64,000 bases of DNA from Octopus sinensis (taxonomy: Eukaryota), in the NCBI RefSeq assembly GCF_006345805.1, contig NC_043010.1, positions 33,914,001-33,978,000 on the forward strand, in the 5' to 3' direction. Positions 51,421 through 61,899 of this stretch are shown one piece after another (within the stretch, counting starts at the first letter, position 1; every line of letters starts with the position of its first letter). A program made the translations under genes and the position numbers. A model generated the notes under the pieces. That model made no database searches, had not been told where the DNA came from, and worked only from the letters and a program-made list of their open reading frames with translations.

Positions 51421-52241
51421 CGCTTGCGATGGTATGGTCATGTACTGCAGATGGATGAGGAGAGATGTGTGAAGAAGTGCCACTTCCAAATAGTTGAAGG
51501 TATCAGGGGGAGAGGTAGACCCAGGAAAACATGGGATGAGGTAGTCAAGCATGACCTCAGAGCGTTGGGCCTCACTGAGGCAATGGCAAAGGACCAAGAT
51601 CTCTGGAGATATGCTGTGACTGCAAAGACCCGGGCTGCTTCCTGCATCAGTTCTGCATAGCCCCTGCCCATTCAAAGTACCCTGGATCCCAGAACGTCCC
51701 GCTGTGCTTGAGGAGACCTGTTGAGTCAAGTACATGAACATGAACGTCGAAATAAATATCAATGGAAATAGTAGTTGTGATGCCTGTGCCGGTGGCACAT
51801 AAAAAGCACTATCCGAACGTGGCCGATGCCAGCGCCGCCCCGACTGGCTTCTGTGCCGGTGGCACATAAAAAGCACCATCCAAACATGGCTGATGCCAGC
51901 GCCGCTCCGACTGGCTTCTGTGCCGGTGGCACATAAAAATCACCATCCGAACGTTGCCAGCGCCGCCTTGGCTGGCTTCCGTGCCGCTGGCACATTAAAA
52001 GCTCCAACCGATCATGGCCGATGCCGGACCCCCCCCCCTGGCACCTGTGCAGGTGGCACGTTAAAAGCACCCACTACACTCGCGGAGTTGTTGGCGTTAG
52101 GAAGGGCATCCAGCCGTAGAAACTCTGCCAGATCAGACTGGAACTTGGAGCAGCCCCTGGCTTCCCAGACCCCGGTCGAACCGTCCAACCCGTGCTAGCG
52201 CGGAAAACGGACGTTAAACGATGATGATGATGATGATGATG

Positions 52242-52242
<1 letters not shown>
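51421..52242 (+). mobile_element. RTE-clade LINE 3-prime fragment (young, CpG-rich)
   Basis: LRWYGHVLQMDEERCVKK..GRGRPRKTWDEVVKHDL..LWRYAV (51421-51660), 3-prime UTR with about 67-bp tandem units, (GAT)n tail. Confidence 0.9.
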
Positions 52243-52277
<35 letters not shown>

Positions 52278-53495
52278 ATGTATACATATACATATATATA
52301 TATATATATATGTAAAAAAAATACAAACTGGGACAAGAACACAAAACATTTAGAAGACGATACAAAAAACACGGACGGAACATTCGAAGCCTTCAATCTT
52401 CAGTCAAGAACCAGATCATCCTCGCAATTTCGGCTGATTAATCTTGAAATTGCTCCGATCTGGCCAGCCCCAAAAGAAAATCTAAGCCAAGCACATTAGA
52501 TTCCTTGGAAGAAAGCCTCGAATGTATACAAAACAAGGATGGAAAAACGGACGATGTTACACCCCATGTTTAATTCAGGCATGTGTGTGGATAAGTCACA
52601 AAAATGGTGAAATATCAATATTCATCACTCCTCAATTTGATGGGGACTGAGTTGTCTCAATTGTCTATGACTTTTAGGTGTTTTAACACCCAGTGTTATG
52701 AGGGAGTCATCCCCCAGGCACTAAACCACAGCAAACAAAGAAAACACACACACTGAGTATGTGAAGTTGATAATGTGTACAACACTAACTGCTGCTTTTA
52801 ACTTGTTATTGAATTTAATCTTAGGCATACACAGCCATGACACACTATCAGTAGATAGTTCTTACATTATTTATATATAGTCATAGACTAGCAATTCAAT
52901 TTGTCCCCTGTTTGATTCAGGTACTTGATGTTGATTAAAAAAATGGTTGAAATATTGGTATCCATCATTTCTGGAAGTTGTCTCACCTTCCTACAATTTT
53001 TGAGTGTTTTAACACTTAGTGTTATGAGGGAGTTTTCCCCAAGCGCTATGCTGCAACAAACTGGAAAACAAATTAAAACATGCTTTGAGTATATGTGGTC
53101 AATCATGTTTACAACACTAGTATTGCTTTAAATTTGTAATTGAATATATATTTATGCATATATGTATGTGTGTGTGTGGGGGGAGTCGGTAGGTTGTCTA
53201 TGAGTGTGTATGTGTTGACATTGTGTGATAGCCATAAATTGATGTCACTGTCACTCAAGCTGTGTAATTAATTTTCAACAGACTACGGAAACATGTCTTG
53301 CCATGGGAAAATAATACTACCTTGCTTGAAAACAGATGAGGGTTGGTGACAACAAGGACATCCATCTGTAGAAAATCTGCCTTAATATAAACTTTACCTG
53401 ACTCATGCAAGCATGGAAAAGTGGATGTTAAGATGGTGGTGGTGGTGGTGGTGGTGGTGATGTAGGTGGTGTCGGTGACAGTGATGATGGTGGTG

Positions 53496-53521
53496 GGGTT
53501 AGGGTTAGGGTTAGGGTTAGG
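53496..53521 (+). repeat. interstitial telomeric repeat GGG(TTAGGG)3TTAGG
   Basis: read directly; embedded in a (GGT/GAT)n tail. Confidence 0.9.
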
Positions 53522-54293
53522 TGGTGGTGATATGTATTCTTCTTTGTATTAAAAATTATTGGCAAATTTCAAGGTGAGATGTTCATTGTGAGCCAACATT
53601 GAATTTTTAATGAATTTTGATATTTATTTCATTGCAAATGTCCACAATAATAATATTATCCATCTTTGGGGAGAGAGAATTCTGCCAATTCTCATCAATA
53701 ACTAAAATGTCAAGAAATACTTTGTGAAATTCAACAATTATATATATATATATAACAGATCTCATCACTCACTGTAGTCTGTAGAGACTTCAGTATATCC
53801 TACCAAAACATGTAAAGATCATCAACATCATCCTCATCATCTTCATTATCATCATTGTTGTCATCCTCACCACCACCAAAGAATAAATAGTCAAAAAGAA
53901 GAGGGAGTACAATTCGACAGCTGTTTAATAAACACTACACATGTTTCAATACAACATAGATCCACATATATACAGGATTGAAATTTTAATTAAGTAACAA
54001 TTTACCTGCATAATAGGACTTAGTTGTATCTTCTCAGGCGATATATAATCGCTGTCTCCATAAGTAAATGTTTGATTTTGATGCTATCACATCCAACTGG
54101 CTCCTTTGAATCATACTCTCTCTTCTTTTTGACTATTTATTCTTTGCTTTTTATTTTCACACACGAGGAATGCCTAAGCCTAGAATTGGTAGAATACCAT
54201 AATACTGCTGGCTATCTTGTAATTCTATGAGTGAACGAGCTCTATTTTATAGTCTATTAGTACTCTAATACATTCCTAATAGAATACACCTCA

Positions 54294-54332
<39 letters not shown>

Positions 54333-55021
54333 TCATTATTATTTTCATCATCATCATTTAATGTCTGTTGTCCATGCTAGCATAGGTTGGACAGTTTGAC
54401 CAGTGCTGGTAAGCTAAGGGGCTGCACCAGACTCTTGTCTGATTTGGCATGGTCTCTATGGCTAGATGCCCTTCCTAACACCAACCAATGGCACCAGTAT
54501 CTGCCATGACTACGATTTCACTTATTTTGATGGATCTTCTTCTCAAGCACAGCATATTGAAGAAGGTCTCAGTCATTTGTCATTGCCTCTGTGAGGCCCT
54601 TTATTCGAAAGGTTCTTTTTACATGCCCCTGGCACAGTTGCTAGTTATGTGACACTAGCATTGTCCACAATGCCTCCATAAGGCCCAATGCTCAAAAGGT
54701 GCTTTTAACATCCCATCAGTATAGTTGCCAGTTACATGATGCATCGTGTTTCCTTTGTGAGGCTCAACACTTAAAAGTCGTTTTCCTGCATGCATCTGGC
54801 ACAGGTACTAGTTACACGACACCAACATTGATCACATTGCCTCCTCAGTGAGATCCAATGCTCAAAGAGTGCTCTTACATGGCACCAGCACAAGTATCAG
54901 TAACATGACACTGGCATTAGCCACAACTATGAAGAAGTTCTTGTCAGAAGTGGAATTCAAACCCTTGCTGGGAAGACCCAACTGTGACCTGAATGCAGTG
55001 CCTTAGACTGTTTGGCCATCC

Positions 55022-55038
55022 TATATACACACACACAC

Positions 55039-55098
<60 letters not shown>
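55022..55098. repeat. compound (CA)n/(TA)n microsatellite
   Basis: read directly. Confidence 0.9.
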
Positions 55099-55101
<3 letters not shown>

Positions 55102-55459
55102 TGTATATAAATATATATATATGAGTAATCCCTTGCCCTATCTTGGTTAACCTGTCACAGTTCTCATATCGCGTGACAGGTCAAAGTAGTCATCTAAATG
55201 TTGACCCTTCTCCAATATAACTAGAAACAATCTAAGGGATATAACTGCATCTCACACAATAAAAATATTTGAACAGTAAACTTTCATTTCAAGATTTTTG
55301 TACACATCCCTAGCTAACCAAGATTCTTTCCCAACCCCAGTTATAGGGAGGTTATGTACCTCTGGCCACAAAATCTGAGGAGTCATCTATACTGCTATAG
55401 GTACAAAATCAATGGTTACTCTTTGACCAGCAATAACCAACAACCCTTTAAGTATATGC

Positions 55460-55460
<1 letters not shown>

Positions 55461-55490
<30 letters not shown>

Positions 55491-55552
55491 TGTATGTATG
55501 TATGTATGTATGTATGTATGTATGTATGTATGTATGTATGTATGTATGTATG
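55461..55552. repeat. (TATG)23 microsatellite
   Basis: perfect tetranucleotide array. Confidence 0.95.
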
Positions 55553-55942
55553 TGAAAATAATTAGACCTCAAAAATTTCTGACCAAGATTGTTTTGTTGT
55601 ATTTGATTAATCAATATACTGTGTGCTCAGAATTAGTATTTAAGTGGCTGAGTATTCCACAGAAATGTGCACCATTAATATCATTCTCAAGTGGAGTTAG
55701 CATGACACTGTGTAACAATGCAGGGCCTTTAAGTTACTGGTACAGTCCATAAGATTGGCTTCCACACAGTTTCCGTTTATGCAAATATATAATTTCACTC
55801 ACAAGATTTGGATCAACTTGGATCTTTATAAACATGTGTGTATATGTTCCTATATATATATATTTAAGTCACAATATATGGATTCAAGTAATCCAGTTGT
55901 ACTCATAAAAAAAAAGCTTAATGTATCATTCTGCAAAACATA

Positions 55943-56330
55943 TCTTCTTTATATATAAAAGAGAGGTTGTGTGCTGTCTGTCTCCTACGATTTAGATTCC
56001 TAACTACTCCCACATTTTGCGGTGCAGTTTAACTGCGGTGCAGTATCTTATAGTCGTGATTCATATCGAGCCCTTCTGGGTATTAGCGCACGTCTACAAT
56101 AAGTCTACGATTTAAAAAAATTTACCATCAATTTTTCCCATTTTTGGCATATATAAGGGAAGTAACTATCTAAAAATTTATTATTAAATCTCAGAACGTA
56201 AAAAGCTACAGTAACACCACCCCCCTTTGTGGTTAGCCATATTGAGATGGCTATTATACTTTACATCTCTAAAAATGCTTATATAGTTATTTCCCTTACA
56301 AACCCGAGCAATGCCGGGTGATACTGCTAG
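55943..56330 (+). mobile_element. non-autonomous Helitron (388 bp)
   Basis: A|TCTTCTTTATATATAAAAG start; ACCCGAGCAATGCCGGGTGATACTGCTAG|T end. Confidence 0.8.
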
Positions 56331-56342
56331 TAGAATATATAG

Positions 56343-56546
56343 TACGATACAATTCTCCTCAATAAGGCTCTTATATTTGCTATGAAAATCTCTAATCTAA
56401 CTAGAAATGAAATTGGTATTATTCTAACAGCTTTGAGAACTATTATCAAATCTAATGACAAACTTTGGACTAAAAAGGATAGACAAAAAGATTTTGATAA
56501 TATTGATACTATGGGATCTGTGAAATTAGAATGTTTTTACTATTAA
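56343..56546 (+). mobile_element. Penelope-like element reverse transcriptase remnant
   Basis: stop-free YDTILLNKALIFAMKISNLTRNEIGIILTALRTIIKSNDKLWTKKDRQKDFDNIDTMGS resembles the PLE RT segment LL.KAL.FA...EI.II..R....W.KK...FDVTMGS; no ATG, so absent from the ORF track. Confidence 0.6.
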
Positions 56547-57494
56547 ATAAAATAACATCAAACTATTTCTGTTATTTGTGACTTTACTTATATATTAAAA
56601 AGCACCCACTACACTCTTGGAGTGGTTGGTGTTAGGAAGGGCATCCAGGTGTAGAAACCTTGCCAGATCAGATTTGAGCCTGGTGTAGCCTACTGGCTTG
56701 CCAGTCCCCAGTCAAACCATTCAACCCATGCCAGCATGGAAAATGGATGTTAAATGATGATGATGATGATGTATATATATGTGTGTGTGTGTGCATGTGC
56801 ATATGTGTATGTATGTGTGTGTGTGAGAGAGAGAAAGAGAGAGAGAGAGAGAGAAAAATTTGAGAGAAAGAAAATAGAGTTTGAAATCATAAAATGGTAA
56901 CCATTCTATATCTCACACTAACTCTCCAATTCTATTATCATTCCATTACAGCTACCAGTCTTTCAATACCTCTTTTTGTGACTCCAAGCTGGGTGGAAGC
57001 CTTGTATTCAGGATATTTTTCGTCATGCCCAATCTGGGAGGATTTGGGAGGTGTGAGCAAATTTTTGAAAAAATTTGTTGTTGGTCTTAAGTTAAATAGA
57101 CAAAAGTCAACACATATAGATTAGCAGATTCTACAAGAATCTGAAGAAAGATTCTTGAGATTTGAAGAGATTTATCATTCTGAACCTCAGGATAATATCT
57201 CTGTTGAGTGAATTAGTAGTGACAGGAGTGGTGGCAGCTGCGACAGTGGCATCATTTGCAGCAGCAGCAGTAGTAGTAGTAGACCAGTGGATTGGCAGAA
57301 TCATTAAAACATTGAAATAAATGCCTTGCATTTGTTCTAGCTCTTTACATTCTGGGTTCAAAAACCCACCCGTGTCAACTTTGCCTTTCCTCCTTTCAGT
57401 ATTCGTAAATTGAATTACCAATTAAGTGCTGGGATTGATGGTATTGACTATCCCCATCCTGCCTCAAAATTGCTGGCCTTGTATCTAAATCAGA

Positions 57495-57785
57495 AACCTC
57501 CACCTTAGCAAAGGCGGAGGTATTGTTTTCAGTCATGTTTGTTTGTCTGTGGACAAGATATCTCAAGAATCACTGGATGGATTCGAATGAAACCTTCAGG
57601 GATGTTTGGCCTCATGACTGGTACAAACTGATTAGATTTTGGGATTGATCTGATACCAAACAAGGATTCTGGGTTATTTTTCATATTTTTTACTCAATTG
57701 AGAGTGGTCAGGTTCATTTTCAGTATTCTCGTTTGTGAGAGCAGTCGAGTTTATTTCAGATATTCTCATTTTAAAAAGCATCTCT
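57495..57785 (+). mobile_element. Helentron-associated (HINE/DINE-like) element
   Basis: 5-prime ACCTCCACC-TTAGCAAA-GGCGGAGGT hairpin followed by GTTTGTTTGTCTGT..AAGATATCTC; truncated where the Tx1 element begins. Confidence 0.5.
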
Positions 57786-57789
57786 GACT

Positions 57790-60753
57790 AAGCGGAGTGA
57801 CACACAGTGACACAGAAAAATAAAAGAAGAAAGAAATATAAAGAAACAACTGACAAACTGGGGAGGCGTGAGAAAATAGAGCTTCCCAACATCAACAACA
57901 ACGACATGCACTCACAACAATTAGCAACACCTTCTCCACCACTACCACCACACACACCAACACACACAGACACCACCACCACCAATACCAACGTTACAGC
58001 AACAAACACAAAAAATGAACAGCTAGTGACATACAGGAAAAACAATACAAACACGAAAATTTCAGATTTTGTCATACCCACACACAACTCACCACCAGCA
58101 CACAGTCACACTAATAAATTTCACACGATAACTATGAGAAAATGAAAAATAAATTGCCGGATGATGTTAGGTCACTAGGGAGAAGTTTCTCCAAAAATCT
58201 CTTTAGAAATCCGGTGGAAATACCCACACAGAAGCACAAGGAAGCCATCCCAGCCATAAGTAGAGCCTTTTCTCCTTGATAAATACTTTTTTTACAACTT
58301 GGTCGTGCTCAGAATTGGTAGAATAAATGTGAGAGGCCTTGGATCGCCTTGGAAACAAGGTCACCTGTTAAACGACCTGAAGTGTTACAGTGTGGATGTA
58401 GTAGCCATTAGCGAAACCAGGCTCTCCGACCCATGGGAACTCACGGCCCTTTTTGGCAGATATGAGATTTTTCTATCTCCATGTTGGCCAGGAGCAGGCG
58501 GTGGTGGGATTGCAGTGTTATTTCGGAAACGCCTGGATTTGAAAATAAAGACAGTCTTCCTGGATCCAGAGGGTAAAGTGGTAGTCCTGGACATGGATGG
58601 TAATGATGGTGGTCCTGGACGTGGATGGTAATGATGGTGGTCCTGGACATGGACGGTAATGATGGTGGTCCTGGACGTGGACGGTAATGATGGTGGTGCC
58701 TTCAGACTGCTGGCAGCCCATGCTCTGACAGGAGCAGGGCAGTTGTATTATTTCAAGCATCTGGAGGTTTTCTTGGGCACATCCCGCACTTTAGTATTAG
58801 TTGGGGATTGGAACATCTGATAGGTGAAGTGAGTGCAAAAGCCTCACTAACCTGCTCAGACGCTTTCAGCTGTCTGAAAGGTATCGACTAGACAACCCGA
58901 ATGTGCCAATGTGGACTTGGACTAATCGCATCGGGTCGACTAGATTATACTTAGATAGAGTTTTCTGTAGGCCAGCAGATAAGGACAGCATAGGGTGTCC
59001 ACAATTCCACATATTCGTGATCTGTACAGTCGACTTAGATAGGCTACATAGACAGAGTCCTAGTTACTGGAATCTAAACGCGTCGTTAACGGCATGCAAA
59101 GCCTACAGAGACCGGATTAGTTTATTAGTTGAGTGGGCATTGACAGGGGCAATCATCAATAACAACTGGTGGTTTGCTGTGAAGAGGGCAATTAGAGCAA
59201 AATCAATTAGATTTAGTAAGGCTCTAGCTGTAAAACGTAAGAAAACAGAGCAGGATCTAGTTAGGAAACTAGATGAGGCTCTTGGGACAGGCATCGCAAC
59301 CAATGTGTTGGCAGCCAGGTTGGCCCTCAACCAACAATTTGACACCAAACACAAAGGTTGCATTGTCAGAGCTAAGGCATGTTCGGTAAGCAGAGGGGGG
59401 ACTAAGGCTGCTTGATGGGCCCACATGGCGGAGGCAAAATAAAGCAACATTTAGCCTTTGGTGGACCAGAACGGGCGTGAAGCAGATGTGTGCGATCTTT
59501 CAGCAGCACTTTGCTCGACTGCTCAGGATGAACAGTGGGACAGATAACGGGACAGACTTCGGTGTGTACCTGGACGGCCTGCCGCAACTCTCAGCCAGAA
59601 AGGTGGAGTGCTGTGAAAGACCGATATCTGCCTGGAAAGTAGAGGAAGCGATGCAAAGCTGCACAAGAGGTAGATCGCCGGGTTTGGATAGTCTGCCCTA
59701 TGAGCTTTACACTTCAATGCCAGACTTGTTTGTGGGCTTCTTGGTGAACGTCTACTGCAACTGGCAACAAAACAGAAGAATTCCTGCTTTTGTTTGTCGA
59801 GGAGTGGTGGCATTGCAAAGGAAGAAACCAAACAAGGGGGACTTGATAGGGAACTTTAGGTCCATCACTCTGCTCAATGCAGAGTTGAAGATTTTGGCCA
59901 AGGTGCTAGCCAAGAGGTTGGCGCCTGTCATGGACAAGCTGATTTGCAAGGTGCAGACATGTGCTGTAACCACCCGGTCTATCCACAATAACCTCCATCA
60001 TCAGAAGAACTTTCAGGCCAGGGCCTTCAGATAACTTCCAAAGGTCCCTCGCCTGGCAGTGCTACCGAGGGGTGCTGCCTGTTCAAGATAATCTCTACTG
60101 GCATGGAAGTGCCGTCAGCTGGGCCTGCCCAAGGTGCACTCAGAGCGACGAAACTGTTCTGGACGCACTCGTCCAGTGGCTGAGTATTGCTGACCTGTGG
60201 GTTTATGTCGAACAGCTACAGTTGCATGTAGGACGGATCCGGCTATCAACTGAATCCATAGATTGTCCCGCCAACCTCCTTTAACCGGGAGGGCAAGGCA
60301 ATTTTCTGTTGTCTAGTGGCTGTAGTGAAAGAGGTGTTATGGTGGACCCATTTGAAAGGCCTAAAGTCAGATACTTTCCTCTTTGGCCAAGGCCTCGTCA
60401 ACTTTCTCGAGTTCCACTTGAAAAGGAAGATGAGAGTAGAGAGGGAAGTGCTGTCTCATAGCAAGTTATTGAAAGGTGAGTGAATGTCGGTAAAATGGCC
60501 AGTATGAACGGACTAATTCTGAGGTTACACCTGTAAAAAAAAGGTAATATAAAAGGAGAAGGGTCTCTCTACCCCTTTTTGACTAGGCTCCTGTGGCTGG
60601 ATTTTTCCTTTCAAAGCGCCTCCCTCTATTGGGAGTTTTATTTGTTATATATTTCACTGCTATTTTAATGTTTGCACGGACCTTTTTTGTACTTTATGTC
60701 CTGTGTTTGTCCTTACATGTTTTTGATTTATGTTAGCTCTTGTGGCCAATAAA
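57790..60753 (+). mobile_element. degenerate Tx1/L1-clade non-LTR retrotransposon (EN + partial RT + CCHC)
   Basis: APE motifs INVRGL, VVAISET, GGGIAVLF, VLVGDWN, RLYLDRV (58299-59000); RT N-part SPGLDSLPYELY, FRSITLLNAELKILAKVLAKRL (59477-59990); C-terminal ACPRC..DETV (about 60070-60200); multiple stops and frameshifts; 5-prime boundary uncertain. Confidence 0.85.
58584..58695 (+). repeat. 4 x 28-bp tandem repeat inside Tx1 endonuclease
   Basis: unit GTCCTGGAC(A/G)TGGA(T/C)GGTAATGATGGTG at 58584, 58612, 58640, 58668. Confidence 0.95.
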
Positions 60754-60768
60754 ACCAGAATTAATTAA

Positions 60769-60774
60769 TTATTA

Positions 60775-60820
<46 letters not shown>

Positions 60821-60872
60821 CATTATTATTAATATCACCATCATCATCATCATCATCATCATCATCATTATT
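60769..60872. repeat. (ATT)n/(CAT)n microsatellite at Tx1 3-prime end
   Basis: read directly. Confidence 0.85.
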
Positions 60873-61625
60873 AAGGTGGTGAGCTATTAGAATGGTTAGC
60901 ACACTAGGCAAAATGCTTCACAGCATTTCGTCTGTCTTTATGTTGTGAGTTCAAATTTGGCCAAGGTTGATTTTGTCTTTCATCCTTTTTGGGGTCAATG
61001 AAATAAGTACCAGTTGAACATTGGGGTCGATGTGATCAACTAGCCCCCTCCTCCAAAATTTCAGGCCTTGTGCTAATAGTAGAAAGGATTGTTATTATTA
61101 AAGAGGTGAGATAAGGCAGCGAGCTAGCAGAGTCATCAGCACGCTGGGCAAAATGCTTAGCTGTATTTCATCTGCCGCTATGTTCTGAGTTCAAATTCTG
61201 CTGAGGTCGACTTTGCCTTTCATCCTTTTGGGATCGATTAAATAAGTACCTGTTACACACTGGGGTCGATGTAATCGACTAAATCCCTTCCCCTAAATTT
61301 GAGGCCTTGTGCTTCCAGTAAAAAGAATTATTACGGCAGTGAGCTAGCAGAATGGTTAGCATGCCAGGCAAAATGCTTAGCAGCATTTTGTCCGTTTTTA
61401 TATTCTGAGTTCAAATTCCACCAAGGTCAACTTTGCCTTTCATAATTTCAGGATCGACAAGACAAGTATCAGTTGTGTACTGGGGTTGATGTAATAGACT
61501 TAGCCCCTTCCCCGAACTTGGTGGCTTTGTGCTAAAATTTGAAATCATTATTATTGTTGTTATTCAAGCAGTGAGCTGGCAGAATCATTAGCATGCCAGA
61601 CAAAATGCTTCGTGGCATTTCGTCT
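60873..61625 (+). mobile_element. head-to-tail array of 4 SINE B copies
   Basis: copies start at about 60873, 61113, 61333, 61566, separated by (ATT)n; the last is interrupted by SINE A. Confidence 0.85.
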
Positions 61626-61862
61626 TTACTCTCTGTTACTCTTTACTCTTTTACTTGTTTCAGTCATTTGACTGTGACCATGCTGGAGCACCGCCTTTAG
61701 TCGATTGAGCAAATCAACCCGAGGACTTATTCTTTGTAAGCCTAGTATTTATTCTATCAGTCTCTTTTGCTGAACTGCTAAGTTACGGGGATGTAAACAC
61801 ACCAGAATCAGTTGTCAAGCAATGTTGGGAGGACTTTCACAGACACACAAACATATACACAC

Positions 61863-61899
<37 letters not shown>

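Noticed and set aside
51784-52070. 67-bp repeats or the 28-bp array at 58584 as CRISPR
   Set aside because: Eukaryotic context, contiguous units without unique spacers, no cas genes
52370-52420. CTGAAGA...CGAAT on - strand as another hammerhead
   Set aside because: A15.1 is T and no stem I complementarity is found after the putative cleavage site
55354-55752. ORFs with MYVC/HTYI repeats
   Set aside because: Translation of the (TATG)23 microsatellite
57807-58145. 112-aa T/N/K-rich ORF as a host gene
   Set aside because: Directly upstream of the Tx1 endonuclease; more likely a remnant of element ORF1 or spacer
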